NCBI GenBank assembly: GCA_965198235.1 | Contig: OZ240248.1 | Coordinates: 2,112,001-2,176,000 of the forward strand | Direction: 5' to 3' | From: Candidatus Poribacteria bacterium | Lineage (GTDB): Bacteria > Poribacteria > WGA-4E > WGA-3G | Length of the DNA: 64,000 nt | Shown here: in pieces, positions 20,216 to 29,926 of the stretch | Position numbering within the stretch: the stretch's first letter is position 1 | Layout: each line of letters begins with the position of its first letter | The notes under the pieces: model-generated | The model's input: the letters and a program-made list of their open reading frames with translations, nothing else | The model's database searches: none | Told to the model about the DNA's origin: nothing | Made by a program: the position numbers and the translations under genes

Positions 20216-20822
20216 TAAACTTCCGCGGAATATCGGTAAATTCCTTATTGCCGACAAAGAGTTTTGTGAATTCCCTGCCGACGTGCGAAGCATCAAAGAG
20301 CTCATTGGGTGTTAATCCCGCAACGGGGCACCCGATCACACCACGAATGTTGTCGAAGCCTGTTTGGAGTGAACCTAAACCGACCTCTTCGAGTCGATTC
20401 CAGATATGTTGGACATTCTCAATTGCGAAACCTCGAAGTTGAATCTGCTGACGCGTCGTGAGATCGACGAACCCTGGTCCGTGTGATTCACTGATTTCAG
20501 CAATGGCGCGGAACTGCTCTGAATTGCTAAAACCACTTGACATACGGAGACGCATCATAAATGCACCGGGGGTTTGCTTTCGGAAGAAAACACCTACCCA
20601 CTTAAGCCGATCACGTTCGTTCGGAGGAATAGATTCCCAACCGTCCCGAATATAGTTTGGAATGTCATTGATGACCTCAAGCCCGTTTTTCTCTTGCTTT
20701 AAGGCTTCCGCAGCGTTTATCTTGGACTTTGATTTTTTGGAGGTCTCCTTTGCGCTTTTCAAACTCGGTGCTGAACGCACACCTCGGCTTGCGGGAATAG
20801 TTTTCTTTTTTGATTGGTTCAC
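20169..20822 (-). pseudogene. nirA: N-terminal remnant of ferredoxin-nitrite reductase
   Basis: LKWVG, FMMRLR, DLTTRQQIQLR, DNIRG..GCPVAG, PRKFNVGI; stops after the junction. Confidence 0.85.
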
Positions 20823-20883
20823 CTTTGGATCTCCTTCAGAAACAGGTGGTTTTCAAACTGGCGCATCTTTCGATACATAGACA

Positions 20884-20973
20884 CAAAAAAAGGCATCCAT
20901 CAGCGAGCATAGGGCTCAGCCGAATGGACACCTGTGTCCAGACCCAAATTGCGCCATCAAGGCACAATTTGTC
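20884..20973 (-). promoter_or_regulatory. Leader attenuator, ANTAR (NasT/NasR)-type
   Basis: GAC-ACAGGT-GTC hexaloop overlaps terminator GGTGTCCAT...ATGGATGCC-TTTTTTT. Confidence 0.6.
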
Positions 20974-21089
20974 TTGCTTTACATTCCACCTTTGGTTAGG
21001 TTTTATCGTTATTCATCACAGTAGTGCGGAACATATCAATTGTATTCTGAGAAAATAGAGATTTCCGATGTGCACATCTCGTTCACCTT

Positions 21090-21105
21090 AGCAAAAACCT
21101 TGCCA
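21090..21105 (-). promoter_or_regulatory. sigma54 -24/-12 promoter
   Basis: TGGCAAGGTTTTTGCT (GG-N10-GC). Confidence 0.75.
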
Positions 21106-21190
21106 AAAGTATAAATTGCTGATTTCTTTAGGGTTCATAAGGCTTCTACAAAACAGAAACCCCACGAAAAGTCCGTGGGGTGTGAATTTT

Positions 21191-21239
21191 TGCTTATTTT
21201 TTTAGCAGAATGCCAGCGTTTTTTCCTGTTTTTTGGGCA
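21191..21239. promoter_or_regulatory. Two NtrC-like enhancer boxes
   Basis: TGCTTATTTTTTTAGCA and TTCCTGTTTTTTGGGCA, 32 bp apart, about 100 bp upstream of the sigma54 site. Confidence 0.55.
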
Positions 21240-21300
21240 ACACAGGTTTCTATTCTGAATGGGTTCATTTCATAATATAAGTCTGTTCCAATACTTAAGG

Positions 21301-21966
21301 CTATGCAGCACGCTGCACGGCGTAAATACAAACTTGAAAGGTTTGTCCATCCAATGCGACAGGGTAGGTGATCTTTTGATAGACGAAGCCGGTGTCAATG
21401 AGTAGTTTGAAAAAACCGGTCGCGTTGCTACGATTCGGTTCGGAAAAGAGGGCAACACCGTTGTGGGTGAGATGCTCCTGAAGTAAAGTCGCAATCGGTG
21501 TCCAATGGGGCTCTTCGTAAATGACATCGGCGGCGAGGATATATGGAAATTTGCGATTGAAGCAGGGAGTGTTCCAATCCATCTGGACGAAATCCGCACG
21601 TTGGCTCACACCGTTTTGCTCCGCGTTGTGGTGTGCGAAGCGGAGTGCCTCTTGTTCTGCGTCCGTGAAAACCACGCGCCCACCCATCTGACAGGCGACA
21701 ATTCCTGTCAGTCCGAATCCACATCCGATTTCTAAGATGTGCGCATCTTTTAGGCGCGCGCCCATTTTCTCTATATGTCGGGCGAGACCGATCGAAGACT
21801 CCCAGAGATAAGTCCAGTATGGGAGATAAAGCTTACCCTCACTGTCCTCTCGGCTGAGTTGTTCAAGAAACCAATCGGGTTCTTCTACGATTGTGAGTTG
21901 GACCCGACCGGTTTTCAATTTGATGATGGTACTCGTTAGCGGATAGTCTCGCAATTGGATTTTCAC
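21301..21966 (-). CDS. Class I SAM-dependent methyltransferase (Methyltransf_16-like)
   Basis: PYWTYLWES, LEIGCGFG, ILAADVIY. Confidence 0.85.
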   Translation of the reverse strand: MKIQLRDYPLTSTIIKLKTGRVQLTIVEEPDWFLEQLSREDSEGKLYLPYWTYLWESSIGLARHIEKMGARLKDAHILEIGCGFGLTGIVACQMGGRVVFTDAEQEALRFAHHNAEQNGVSQRADFVQMDWNTPCFNRKFPYILAADVIYEEPHWTPIATLLQEHLTHNGVALFSEPNRSNATGFFKLLIDTGFVYQKITYPVALDGQTFQVCIYAVQRAA

Positions 21967-22069
21967 ACGCTGAAATTACGGTTCGAGGAGGTATTTGAGG
22001 GAAATTTGTTCTTGTGGTTTATGCTTTGTTCTGTTTCTCATTCGTGTAACCAGTTGATTCTCCGAAGTC

Positions 22070-22660
22070 CTAATCAGGAAATGTGACGCGTTCGTAGATT
22101 TCCTGCAAAGGCAATTCGCATTGGATGGAAGTGAGTGGCAGACTTTCCTCAAGTTCTTGGAATTCGGTGAAAATCCAATGTTTTTCTTGGCGGCGATAGT
22201 GCTCCACACAAACCTCGTCTTGGGCGACGAGGAGGTATTCCTGCAATGATGGGAGTTGTCGATAGTGCGCGAATTTTTCGCCTCGGTCATAAGTTTTGGT
22301 TGAGGGTGAGAGAACTTCTACCACAAGGATGGGGTTAAGGAGTGTATCGAAGACATCATCTTCAAAGCGGGGTTCTTCACAAACGACAACGACATCTGGA
22401 TAGAAGTAGGATGTTGTAGTAGGCGTGCTCACGCGCATCTCGTTCGCGTAGGTTTCGCATCTGCTTCCTCTTAACAGGTTGCGGAACTCACCAGATATAT
22501 TACCTGTAATGAGATTATCCGCTCGGCTCGCGCCAGACATCGCTATCAACTCACCGTTTAAGTATTCATGCCTGATTATTTCTGAGTCTGGAGGTGCTTT
22601 GCGCTCAAAAGCGATGTATTCCTCGGGTGTGAGACGTGTTTGTGCTGCAGAAGCTGCCAT
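22070..22660 (-). CDS. Uma2-family endonuclease
   Basis: TPEEY, YPDVVVVC, VEVLSPST..YDRGEKF..Y, EYLLV. Confidence 0.9.
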   Translation of the reverse strand: MAASAAQTRLTPEEYIAFERKAPPDSEIIRHEYLNGELIAMSGASRADNLITGNISGEFRNLLRGSRCETYANEMRVSTPTTTSYFYPDVVVVCEEPRFEDDVFDTLLNPILVVEVLSPSTKTYDRGEKFAHYRQLPSLQEYLLVAQDEVCVEHYRRQEKHWIFTEFQELEESLPLTSIQCELPLQEIYERVTFPD

Positions 22661-22816
22661 GATTCCCTCCGGTAAGTTGCTGATTATTCGTATTATAGCG
22701 TAACTCCAAGAGGATGTCAAGGAGGTGAGTGTCGCGATCGGGAGTTCGCTCCTATAGCGATAGGACCTTGAACGAAAGCCTCTTTCCAGTAACGAGTGCT
22801 GACACGCGTGTGGAGC

Positions 22817-23851
22817 TTAAGAGATACTGCCACTAAAAAGTTTGGCGATTTCGTCCGTCTCAAAAACAGGTAGCGGTTGTTGTGTGCCGGTGGTATCTTC
22901 CAACCATAATCCGTGATCGGGTGGCAAAAACTTTCCGATAATGTCGGCGTTGATACCAGCCGTGCCGAGTGCTCGGCGGATTGTTTCGCCTTTTTCGGGC
23001 TCCGATGCGATTAACATGGCACCAGATGAAATGATACCGAGCGGATTGAGCCCAAACATATCACACAACGTCCGTGTTATGTCTCCATACAATACGGGTG
23101 AGCCTAAAAGTTTATCCGAATAGACGGTCACCCCTAACTCGGCGGCGGTTGCCAACTCATAGACGGCAGTTGTGACACCGCCTTCTGTGACATCGTGCAT
23201 AGCATGGACACCACCTGTAGCGGTTGCAATTTGCGCGTCCTGTAGTACAGAAATTCCGGGATGCGTGAGATAGTTCTTCGCCTGCTCCAAGAATTGGGCA
23301 TCGCACTTTTCACGCAATTGCTCTTCACACTCGCGCGCGATGATTGCTGTTGCTTCAATACCGAGTCCTTTTGTGAGAATTAGGACATCCCCTACACGGG
23401 CATCCGCTGAAGTGAACAGGGCATTTTTATGGGTGACCCCCATCATCTGTCCTATGACGACGGGTTGTGTCACAGCAGGTGTAACTTCGGTATGTCCACC
23501 ACAGAGCGTGATGTCGAACGCCGTACATGCCTGTGTGATTTGTGCCATGATGTCGCGAACCATTGCAGAGGTCGTTGCGTCTTCGGGTAGCAATAGGGTA
23601 ACGAGCAACCATTTCGGCACAGCCCCCATCGCGGCGATGTCATTGCTATTGACGCATACCACGTACCACCCAATATCTTCAGTCGCAAAGGTAATCGGGT
23701 CGCTGGTTGCAACGAGGTAGTTGTCCCCTAACTTGATGACTGCGGCATCTTCACCGAGTTGTGGACCGACAATCACGCTTGTATTTCTATCGCGTGTGGG
23801 TAGAAGTTCTTTTAAAAAATCGTGTTTTAGTTTCCCGATAGGCAGGTTCAT
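22817..23851 (-). CDS. AIR-synthase/HypE-like family protein
   Basis: GEDAAV, NDIAAMG, GGHTE, MHDVTEGG. Confidence 0.85.
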   Translation of the reverse strand: MNLPIGKLKHDFLKELLPTRDRNTSVIVGPQLGEDAAVIKLGDNYLVATSDPITFATEDIGWYVVCVNSNDIAAMGAVPKWLLVTLLLPEDATTSAMVRDIMAQITQACTAFDITLCGGHTEVTPAVTQPVVIGQMMGVTHKNALFTSADARVGDVLILTKGLGIEATAIIARECEEQLREKCDAQFLEQAKNYLTHPGISVLQDAQIATATGGVHAMHDVTEGGVTTAVYELATAAELGVTVYSDKLLGSPVLYGDITRTLCDMFGLNPLGIISSGAMLIASEPEKGETIRRALGTAGINADIIGKFLPPDHGLWLEDTTGTQQPLPVFETDEIAKLFSGSIS

Positions 23852-23862
23852 GTGTTTCGCTC

Positions 23863-25791
23863 TCAGATAAAAATTTTGTAGGTGCGCAAACCGAATGAGG
23901 GTCCAATAATTGCCCAGATGCTACCGATGACATAATCGCCTAAGATTAGCCCTAAAAAGAGCGGTGCGACCTGACGATGCAACCGTAACCCGCCGTGCCG
24001 TAAAATCATCAACTTTAGGAACCACGCCACGAAGAAGGCGAACCAGAAGTAATCCATCGCAAAGCTGATCGCGAGTGCGTAGCCCGCCGGATGAAAGGGC
24101 CACCATAAGAAATGCATTCGCATATACATCATCACGAACGTCAGGAGCGCGCCGATACCCATGAAACCGATGCCGGTCACATTCGGTTCGGTTGGATTAT
24201 GTAACCACCGCTGGAGCCGACTGAACGATTCTCTGCCGACCCATCCCTTGAAACCGCCTGCTTTCGCAACCGCACCGTTCCGGAAGGTGATGTCAAGATT
24301 TGCCCAAAATGTTACCAGAATGCCGACGATAATCGCGATCAGCATCGCCACCCATAAACGTCGGTTACCCATTCCCGTTGATTCTGCGAGTTTAAACGCC
24401 TCAATCTGATTCGGCATGGGGTGGTTGCGGTAACCGCGATTGAACCAGTAGAAAAGCGACATGATGGTGAGACTGCTTGTGTCAAACTGGCGAGTGCCGC
24501 CGACTGTCGCCAACATGTCGTGCGGATTGACGTAGTAAATCTCATGAGGTGTACCGAGTTCCGCTCGGACACGGGTGATTGCAAAGGAGAGCAGGAAATA
24601 GACACCAAAGAAAATACCCGCAACCCATAAGGACATCCCTGCTATAGAGGAAAATATGCCGAGCGCGACAAGCGATCCGAGTATCCCCAGGAAAGCGGCA
24701 CGGTACGGCATCGGTTCGTCCGAATCATCGAGGTGCGATTTGAATCCAAGCACCTTTTTCAGGACCTCAGTCAAGTGACGCCGCGTGACCCAGATGGCAA
24801 GTAGGAAGAGTGCAATCCACGCGCCATACGCCTGTTCGTTAAGGGCGGGAAAATAGCGCGTGCCGAGTGCCGCCCCGATGACGAATTCCGCTAAGCGAAC
24901 GACAAAGAAAAACCAGCACGAAAACGAGAGATCCAGCGGGAGAAAAAACGCCAATCCCACTGCGAAAGGATAAACGGAGATACGGGTGCCACGTATAACG
25001 TTCCAGGGACGGTCGGTGAAGATGTTTTGGAAGACAGCTGTCCGTTTAATGTAGGGGATTTCTGGAAACTGTGGGAAGAGGTAGTGAACCCCGTTAATCA
25101 CACCGATGAAGACGGCGATGCTGAATCCAATCCACATCATCCGATTTTTGAGGAGACTGATGCCACCATCTTCCGAGAGCCGCAGCGGGAGTTGGATAAT
25201 CGGATACGCCAACTTTTCCTGCTCTGCCCACCGTTTCCGGACGAGCGTGTTGATGCAGAGCATCATAAACATCATAATGAGGAAAAAGAGCCCCCAGAAC
25301 AGCAACGGCTTTGTCCAAACTGTATAGTTATGGCTTGTATAGAAGGTGGCTTCTCCCTCGTAAAACCCCTGTAAACTTTGCGCGTCAGAGATAGTGAGCC
25401 ACGCCGGTAGATACCGAAAAAAGAGCGTCTGCCACTCGTTCTCTTCAGTCGCAAATCGGAACGGGTGGGCGATACTGCCGAACATATTTTGCATCGTGTC
25501 GTGTCCCGCGAACGTGCAGGAGATCGCGACCATAATATAGATCGCGAGCAGTTCCCCCTGCTGTAGCATCTGTCGCGGGGCGATACGTTTCAACACGCAG
25601 TTGGCAACAACACAGACGAACATGATGAAAACAGGTTGGATAAATAACGGGAGACACGAACCGTCGAGGGAATAATACTTCACCTCGACAAGCGTCATCC
25701 AATAGACATTGACTGGGATGAGTAGAACACCTAAGAGAAGCGAGCGTCCTGTAATGCGTGATGATGGGATTGAAGTTTCACGATCTTTCAT
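23863..25791 (-). CDS. DUF6785/DUF6784-like polytopic membrane protein
   Basis: Colinear paralog of 1-1920. Confidence 0.75.
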   Translation of the reverse strand: MKDRETSIPSSRITGRSLLLGVLLIPVNVYWMTLVEVKYYSLDGSCLPLFIQPVFIMFVCVVANCVLKRIAPRQMLQQGELLAIYIMVAISCTFAGHDTMQNMFGSIAHPFRFATEENEWQTLFFRYLPAWLTISDAQSLQGFYEGEATFYTSHNYTVWTKPLLFWGLFFLIMMFMMLCINTLVRKRWAEQEKLAYPIIQLPLRLSEDGGISLLKNRMMWIGFSIAVFIGVINGVHYLFPQFPEIPYIKRTAVFQNIFTDRPWNVIRGTRISVYPFAVGLAFFLPLDLSFSCWFFFVVRLAEFVIGAALGTRYFPALNEQAYGAWIALFLLAIWVTRRHLTEVLKKVLGFKSHLDDSDEPMPYRAAFLGILGSLVALGIFSSIAGMSLWVAGIFFGVYFLLSFAITRVRAELGTPHEIYYVNPHDMLATVGGTRQFDTSSLTIMSLFYWFNRGYRNHPMPNQIEAFKLAESTGMGNRRLWVAMLIAIIVGILVTFWANLDITFRNGAVAKAGGFKGWVGRESFSRLQRWLHNPTEPNVTGIGFMGIGALLTFVMMYMRMHFLWWPFHPAGYALAISFAMDYFWFAFFVAWFLKLMILRHGGLRLHRQVAPLFLGLILGDYVIGSIWAIIGPSFGLRTYKIFI

Positions 25792-25792
25792 A

Positions 25793-26062
25793 GTTTTAAC
25801 TATGGGCTCCTGGGCATCGTTTTTTAACTATTAACTCTGGGCATCGTTCCACTTTGTTTCACGAGGGTGTCTGGTGAAGTCAGAAACCTTTGAGCACCTG
25901 GAGCGGGTTGGAATTGACCGAAAACCACTGCGAAACGAAATTATGCCTTAAATGGCATAATTTTGCTTCGCTTTACATTTGGAGCAGTTTAACCATCAAC
26001 TCGACTCCGTTATAAATGTTAAAGCACGAGTTGATGGTTAACAGATTCCCATAGTTTAAAAA
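25793..26062. repeat. MITE-like element(s) filling the intergenic space
   Basis: Inverted ends TTTTAACTATGGG / CCCATAGTTTAAAA; internal TAAATGGCATAATTTTGCTTCGC...TTTACATTTGGA core. Confidence 0.7.
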
Positions 26063-27927
26063 AAGCGGTAGGCTTTAACGATTTCTGAGATGACACTGGC
26101 TCTGTTCTTCCAATTCATGCGAGCAGGAGGGATCAGGTAAATACCGTCGATTGCGGATTCATCTTGATTACGGATTTCCTGAACCAATTCTAAGCTCAGT
26201 CGCATACCGAGTTCATGTCCGGCGGTGTCTCCAAGGTCACGGAATTTGTCAACAATAAACTGCGGGATGTAAAGCCCCAAATTGTCGCGTAGATAGGATG
26301 CGCTTCGGAAACTTGTAAGTGGTAGGATACCGTAGAGAATCTTTATATCGAGATGTTCCGTTGCCTGCTGAGCACGTACGATATCCTCATAGGTCCAGAC
26401 CGGTTGTGTGTAAGCAAACTTCGCGCCCTGTGCCACTTTATTTCTGAGATGTTTGACGTGCGGCTGCAAATTCTCTGCAATCGTGAAGCCGCCGCCGTAA
26501 TAGAAGCCGCAGGGTTCACCGATCGACGAGCCATCAGCGAGTTCCCCTTGATTGAGTCGGTTGATGAGTTCCATCAATTGAACCGCACCACGAACGTCCG
26601 GCACGAGACTGGCGGTCTCATAAGGTCCAGCTTTCGGATGGTCGCCGGATAAGGCGACAATGCCTCGGATCCCCAATGCCTCCGCCTCCAGCAAATGTGA
26701 TTGCATACTGATGAGATTACGGGATCGGGTTGTCCAATGGATAAGCGTCGGAATCTGGGTCGCCTGCTGGAGCTGATATGCTGTGGCGATAGCCCCGATG
26801 TTCACTGCGGCACCAGAATTGTCGGTTACATCAAATAGGTCTGCACCGATTGCAGCGAGGTTTTTTGCTTCTTTCAACATTGCTCGCAATTGCGGAAAAG
26901 TATTGGCGCGCATCTCTACACTTACAATGCGCTCACGCGTTTCAAATACTTGCTGGACAGGATTATCGGTTGGTGTTTTGGACGTTGACGTAATCTTTGG
27001 AAGAACGAAGATACGTTGCTCCCGTTGGACAGGTTCACGTTCTGCGATGGCCTGCCGAATTTTTGCCGTATATGTGGGTGTTGTGCCGCAACAGCCGCCA
27101 ATCATGTTCGCGCCGAGTTCGACTAACTTTCCAACGTAGTCGCTAAATACCTCAGCCTCGACTGTGTAGGAGACAGCAATTTCACCCTGTTCTACTCTCG
27201 GATTACCAGCATTCGGTTGCACCACAATAGGGGCTTTGATGACAGGAGCAAGCAACTCCATCGCCTCAACGAGATCATGTGGTCCTCTGCAATTGATGCC
27301 GACTGCATGCGCGCCGAGTTGTTCTAACGCTTGGGCAAAGACGCGCACATCTAATCCAGAGCCTACAGTTCCGCCTGATACGCCACTGATTTCAACGACG
27401 ACAGGTATACCGTAGGTGAGTGCTTGCTTTGTAGAGATTTCTGCCTGTTTGGGAGAGACAAAGGTTTCGAGTACAAGAAGGTCAACCCCTTCATCGACGA
27501 GTGCGTCCATCTGCTCTTTGAAAAGCCGTCGGATTGTCTTGGTGGACGGAATAGGGGTATCTAAGGTTTGGAACGGGATTTGACCGACGGAGCCAGCAAC
27601 ATAGCATGTTTCCTGTGCCGCCGCTCGTGCCAGGGACACGCCTGTTCTGTTAATTTCTTCAACCTGTTCAGCCAAGCCGTGGACCGCCAATGCTTCTCTG
27701 TTTGCTTGGTAGGTATTCGTTTGAATAACATCGGCACCCGCGTCGATGTAGGCGCGATGAATCGCTGCAACTTTCTCGGCATGCTCTGTAGAAATATTGC
27801 AGGCATCGACACACTGTAAATATGAGGGAATCCGTTTGCGGAGTTCGGTTCCGATAGCACCGTCGCACACCAAGATCTGATGTGCGAGAGCTTCCATGAA
27901 GTTGTCTTTTCTTGAATGAGTTGCCAT
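26056..27927 (-). CDS. yitJ: Bifunctional homocysteine S-methyltransferase / methylenetetrahydrofolate reductase
   Basis: CDGAIGT, GINC, IGGCCGT zinc ligands, then MTHFR domain (VTDN, SRNLISMQSHLL, LSGD). Confidence 0.88.
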   Translation of the reverse strand: MATHSRKDNFMEALAHQILVCDGAIGTELRKRIPSYLQCVDACNISTEHAEKVAAIHRAYIDAGADVIQTNTYQANREALAVHGLAEQVEEINRTGVSLARAAAQETCYVAGSVGQIPFQTLDTPIPSTKTIRRLFKEQMDALVDEGVDLLVLETFVSPKQAEISTKQALTYGIPVVVEISGVSGGTVGSGLDVRVFAQALEQLGAHAVGINCRGPHDLVEAMELLAPVIKAPIVVQPNAGNPRVEQGEIAVSYTVEAEVFSDYVGKLVELGANMIGGCCGTTPTYTAKIRQAIAEREPVQREQRIFVLPKITSTSKTPTDNPVQQVFETRERIVSVEMRANTFPQLRAMLKEAKNLAAIGADLFDVTDNSGAAVNIGAIATAYQLQQATQIPTLIHWTTRSRNLISMQSHLLEAEALGIRGIVALSGDHPKAGPYETASLVPDVRGAVQLMELINRLNQGELADGSSIGEPCGFYYGGGFTIAENLQPHVKHLRNKVAQGAKFAYTQPVWTYEDIVRAQQATEHLDIKILYGILPLTSFRSASYLRDNLGLYIPQFIVDKFRDLGDTAGHELGMRLSLELVQEIRNQDESAIDGIYLIPPARMNWKNRASVISEIVKAYRFF

Positions 27928-28259
27928 TTTTCTAACTATTAAATCTGGTCTGCCCTCCACTTCGTTTCGGGTAGGTTTCTGGTTAAGTCCTAGCGGTTCT
28001 GGGTTATGAAAGGTTTTTAAATTATTAAATCTGAGTGAACCCAACCCAGTGTGAACTGCACCAAAAACCATCGTGAAACGAAATTAGGTTTCCTTAAATG
28101 GCATAATTTTGCTTCGCAGTGTCCCGCAGGTTTCCTATAGGAAACCTGCGCAGAATGCTTTACATTTGGAACGATGCCCAGATGCTAATAGTTAAAAAAG
28201 CGAAGTAGAGGGGTTTTTGCTTGGGTGTTTCTTTGCTCAGAGGCCCATAGTTAGAAAAC
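27928..28259. repeat. MITE-like element
   Basis: Ends TTTTCTAACTAT / ATAGTTAGAAAA; core shared with 34810-34895. Confidence 0.7.
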
Positions 28260-28279
28260 CGATGTTGATGAGATAGGTT

Positions 28280-29896
28280 CTACTTAATTATTTCTCCCGC
28301 ACTTTCAGTTGGGATATAATAATAACCGAAGATGATGCACATCTCATCTTCAGACGTGAGTCCGAAAATGAGGGGTTCATTCGTGTCGTAGTTGTTATGG
28401 GTACACTGGAACTTGATTGTATCGTCTGCATCTAAGCGGAGGATTGGATTAAAGAGGTCAATGGGTGCGTCGTCATAAGCAATACTCCGGTGCAGCAAAT
28501 CGCTTGTGGATCCCTGAAAAATTTCAAACAATTCTCCGTGCCGATGCATGTGGGATGTCAGCAAAAAGACGTTCAACGCTGTTCCCGAATCGTGCCCTCG
28601 GCGATCCAACTCATCTTCAACGTACCACGTCATTTTGGCGACGCGCGTTGCTCCGGGCGGGACGTTAATAGATCTGTTAGAAACGAAAATTTCAACAGCC
28701 TCGTACTGAACTTCCTCCTCCGGAATCGTATAGATATTGACGTAAGTTTCACCGATTAACGTTTCGTCACCAAGCAGATTGATGTAGTGGGAATTCAGGT
28801 CGTAAATGGTATCACCGGGGAGTCGTAACCCTACACCCTCCGGGAACTGGAAGAGGGTATCATCGGTTTGTGTTCCGACGACGAAAAGTCTGTCACCCCC
28901 GAAAACACCGAATACCGGATCTGGGTCATCTGTGTCAAGTTCGCGGAAAGTCTCTTCAGGATTAACGGCAATATCAGGTACAATCCCGTTATTCAAAAGC
29001 CCTTTTGACAAACCTGCTTCGGTAAATCGATATAGGATGAAGTGATGGCTACCAGCAGGATAGAAAATCTCTACTCTGTTAATAAAGATGTCTCCCTCTA
29101 CTGGATTGTTATTTTCATCGAGGATTGGGGTGGCATAATAAACTTCGCGTTCAGTGCCGGGTTCGATTTTGAACGGCGGCAAATGGAGTTGATAGCCTTC
29201 ACCGATGGGTGGTCGGGGAGGCGGTTCAAACTTTTCATCGGGGTCGCGTAAGACACCGAGGTCCCCGATACCTGCTATTTTGCCGGTCCGTGGCGCGCCT
29301 GCGGCGATCCATATCCGAATGGCATCTATTTTGCCGTTGTGGAGTACACCACCACCGAACGGCATCCGCGCGCCCTGTTCCGCTGCTGTCGGTCCCATCA
29401 GTTTCGTCAAAAGGAAACTATTCTCCGGGTTTCCCGGATCAACAAGCTTCATCCCTGCTGCTGCCGCCGCAGGGTTCTGTGGCTCACGTCCGACCAAATT
29501 TTCGTAAGAGAGTCCATAGGTGAGATTCAAATTGCGAGCATTTGCGGGAGTAGCATGGCAGACGCTGTTCGCACAACTTTTATCAAAGATGTACTCCTGA
29601 ATGTCGTGATACGCTGTGTTTTCATCCGGGGCAGTTTGTCCAAAACTGTTGCTCACGCGAACGAGGTCTAAGACATTGACGATCCCGTCGCGATTGACAT
29701 CAGGATCCCGTTCCGCATTGCGATCCCTGGGTTGACCGAAGGAAGCAGCGACAAGCACCAAGTCTTGGATGTTCACTACACCATCTTTATTAACGTCTTC
29801 CAATAGGGTAGGGAGATTGCTGTGTCCAAACACTAAGAAGGACACGCCGCCTACCAGTAAGGCAATGAGTATGGAATAAACCATTCTTTTTAACAT
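28280..29896 (-). CDS. Secreted dockerin + CxxxxCH domain + copper type II (PHM/DBH-like) monooxygenase
   Basis: Signal peptide; DVNKDGVVNIQDL and DVNRDGIVNVLDL; CANSVCH; SHH, NSHY, HMH and DEMC copper ligands. Confidence 0.75.
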   Translation of the reverse strand: MLKRMVYSILIALLVGGVSFLVFGHSNLPTLLEDVNKDGVVNIQDLVLVAASFGQPRDRNAERDPDVNRDGIVNVLDLVRVSNSFGQTAPDENTAYHDIQEYIFDKSCANSVCHATPANARNLNLTYGLSYENLVGREPQNPAAAAAGMKLVDPGNPENSFLLTKLMGPTAAEQGARMPFGGGVLHNGKIDAIRIWIAAGAPRTGKIAGIGDLGVLRDPDEKFEPPPRPPIGEGYQLHLPPFKIEPGTEREVYYATPILDENNNPVEGDIFINRVEIFYPAGSHHFILYRFTEAGLSKGLLNNGIVPDIAVNPEETFRELDTDDPDPVFGVFGGDRLFVVGTQTDDTLFQFPEGVGLRLPGDTIYDLNSHYINLLGDETLIGETYVNIYTIPEEEVQYEAVEIFVSNRSINVPPGATRVAKMTWYVEDELDRRGHDSGTALNVFLLTSHMHRHGELFEIFQGSTSDLLHRSIAYDDAPIDLFNPILRLDADDTIKFQCTHNNYDTNEPLIFGLTSEDEMCIIFGYYYIPTESAGEIIK

Positions 29897-29926
29897 AATT
29901 AAAATTTAACCTCCAGACATTAGATG

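Noticed and set aside
20216-20305. Start of the 300-aa minus-strand ORF
   Set aside because: Alternative frame of the nirA remnant; nasA similarity begins only at the junction
27928-28071. N-terminal extensions of yitJ (also SDR 31648-31698, gnd 12311-12397, lipoprotein 59357-59545)
   Set aside because: They run through repeats, promoters or the neighbouring gene; homology and RBS or lipobox position support later starts
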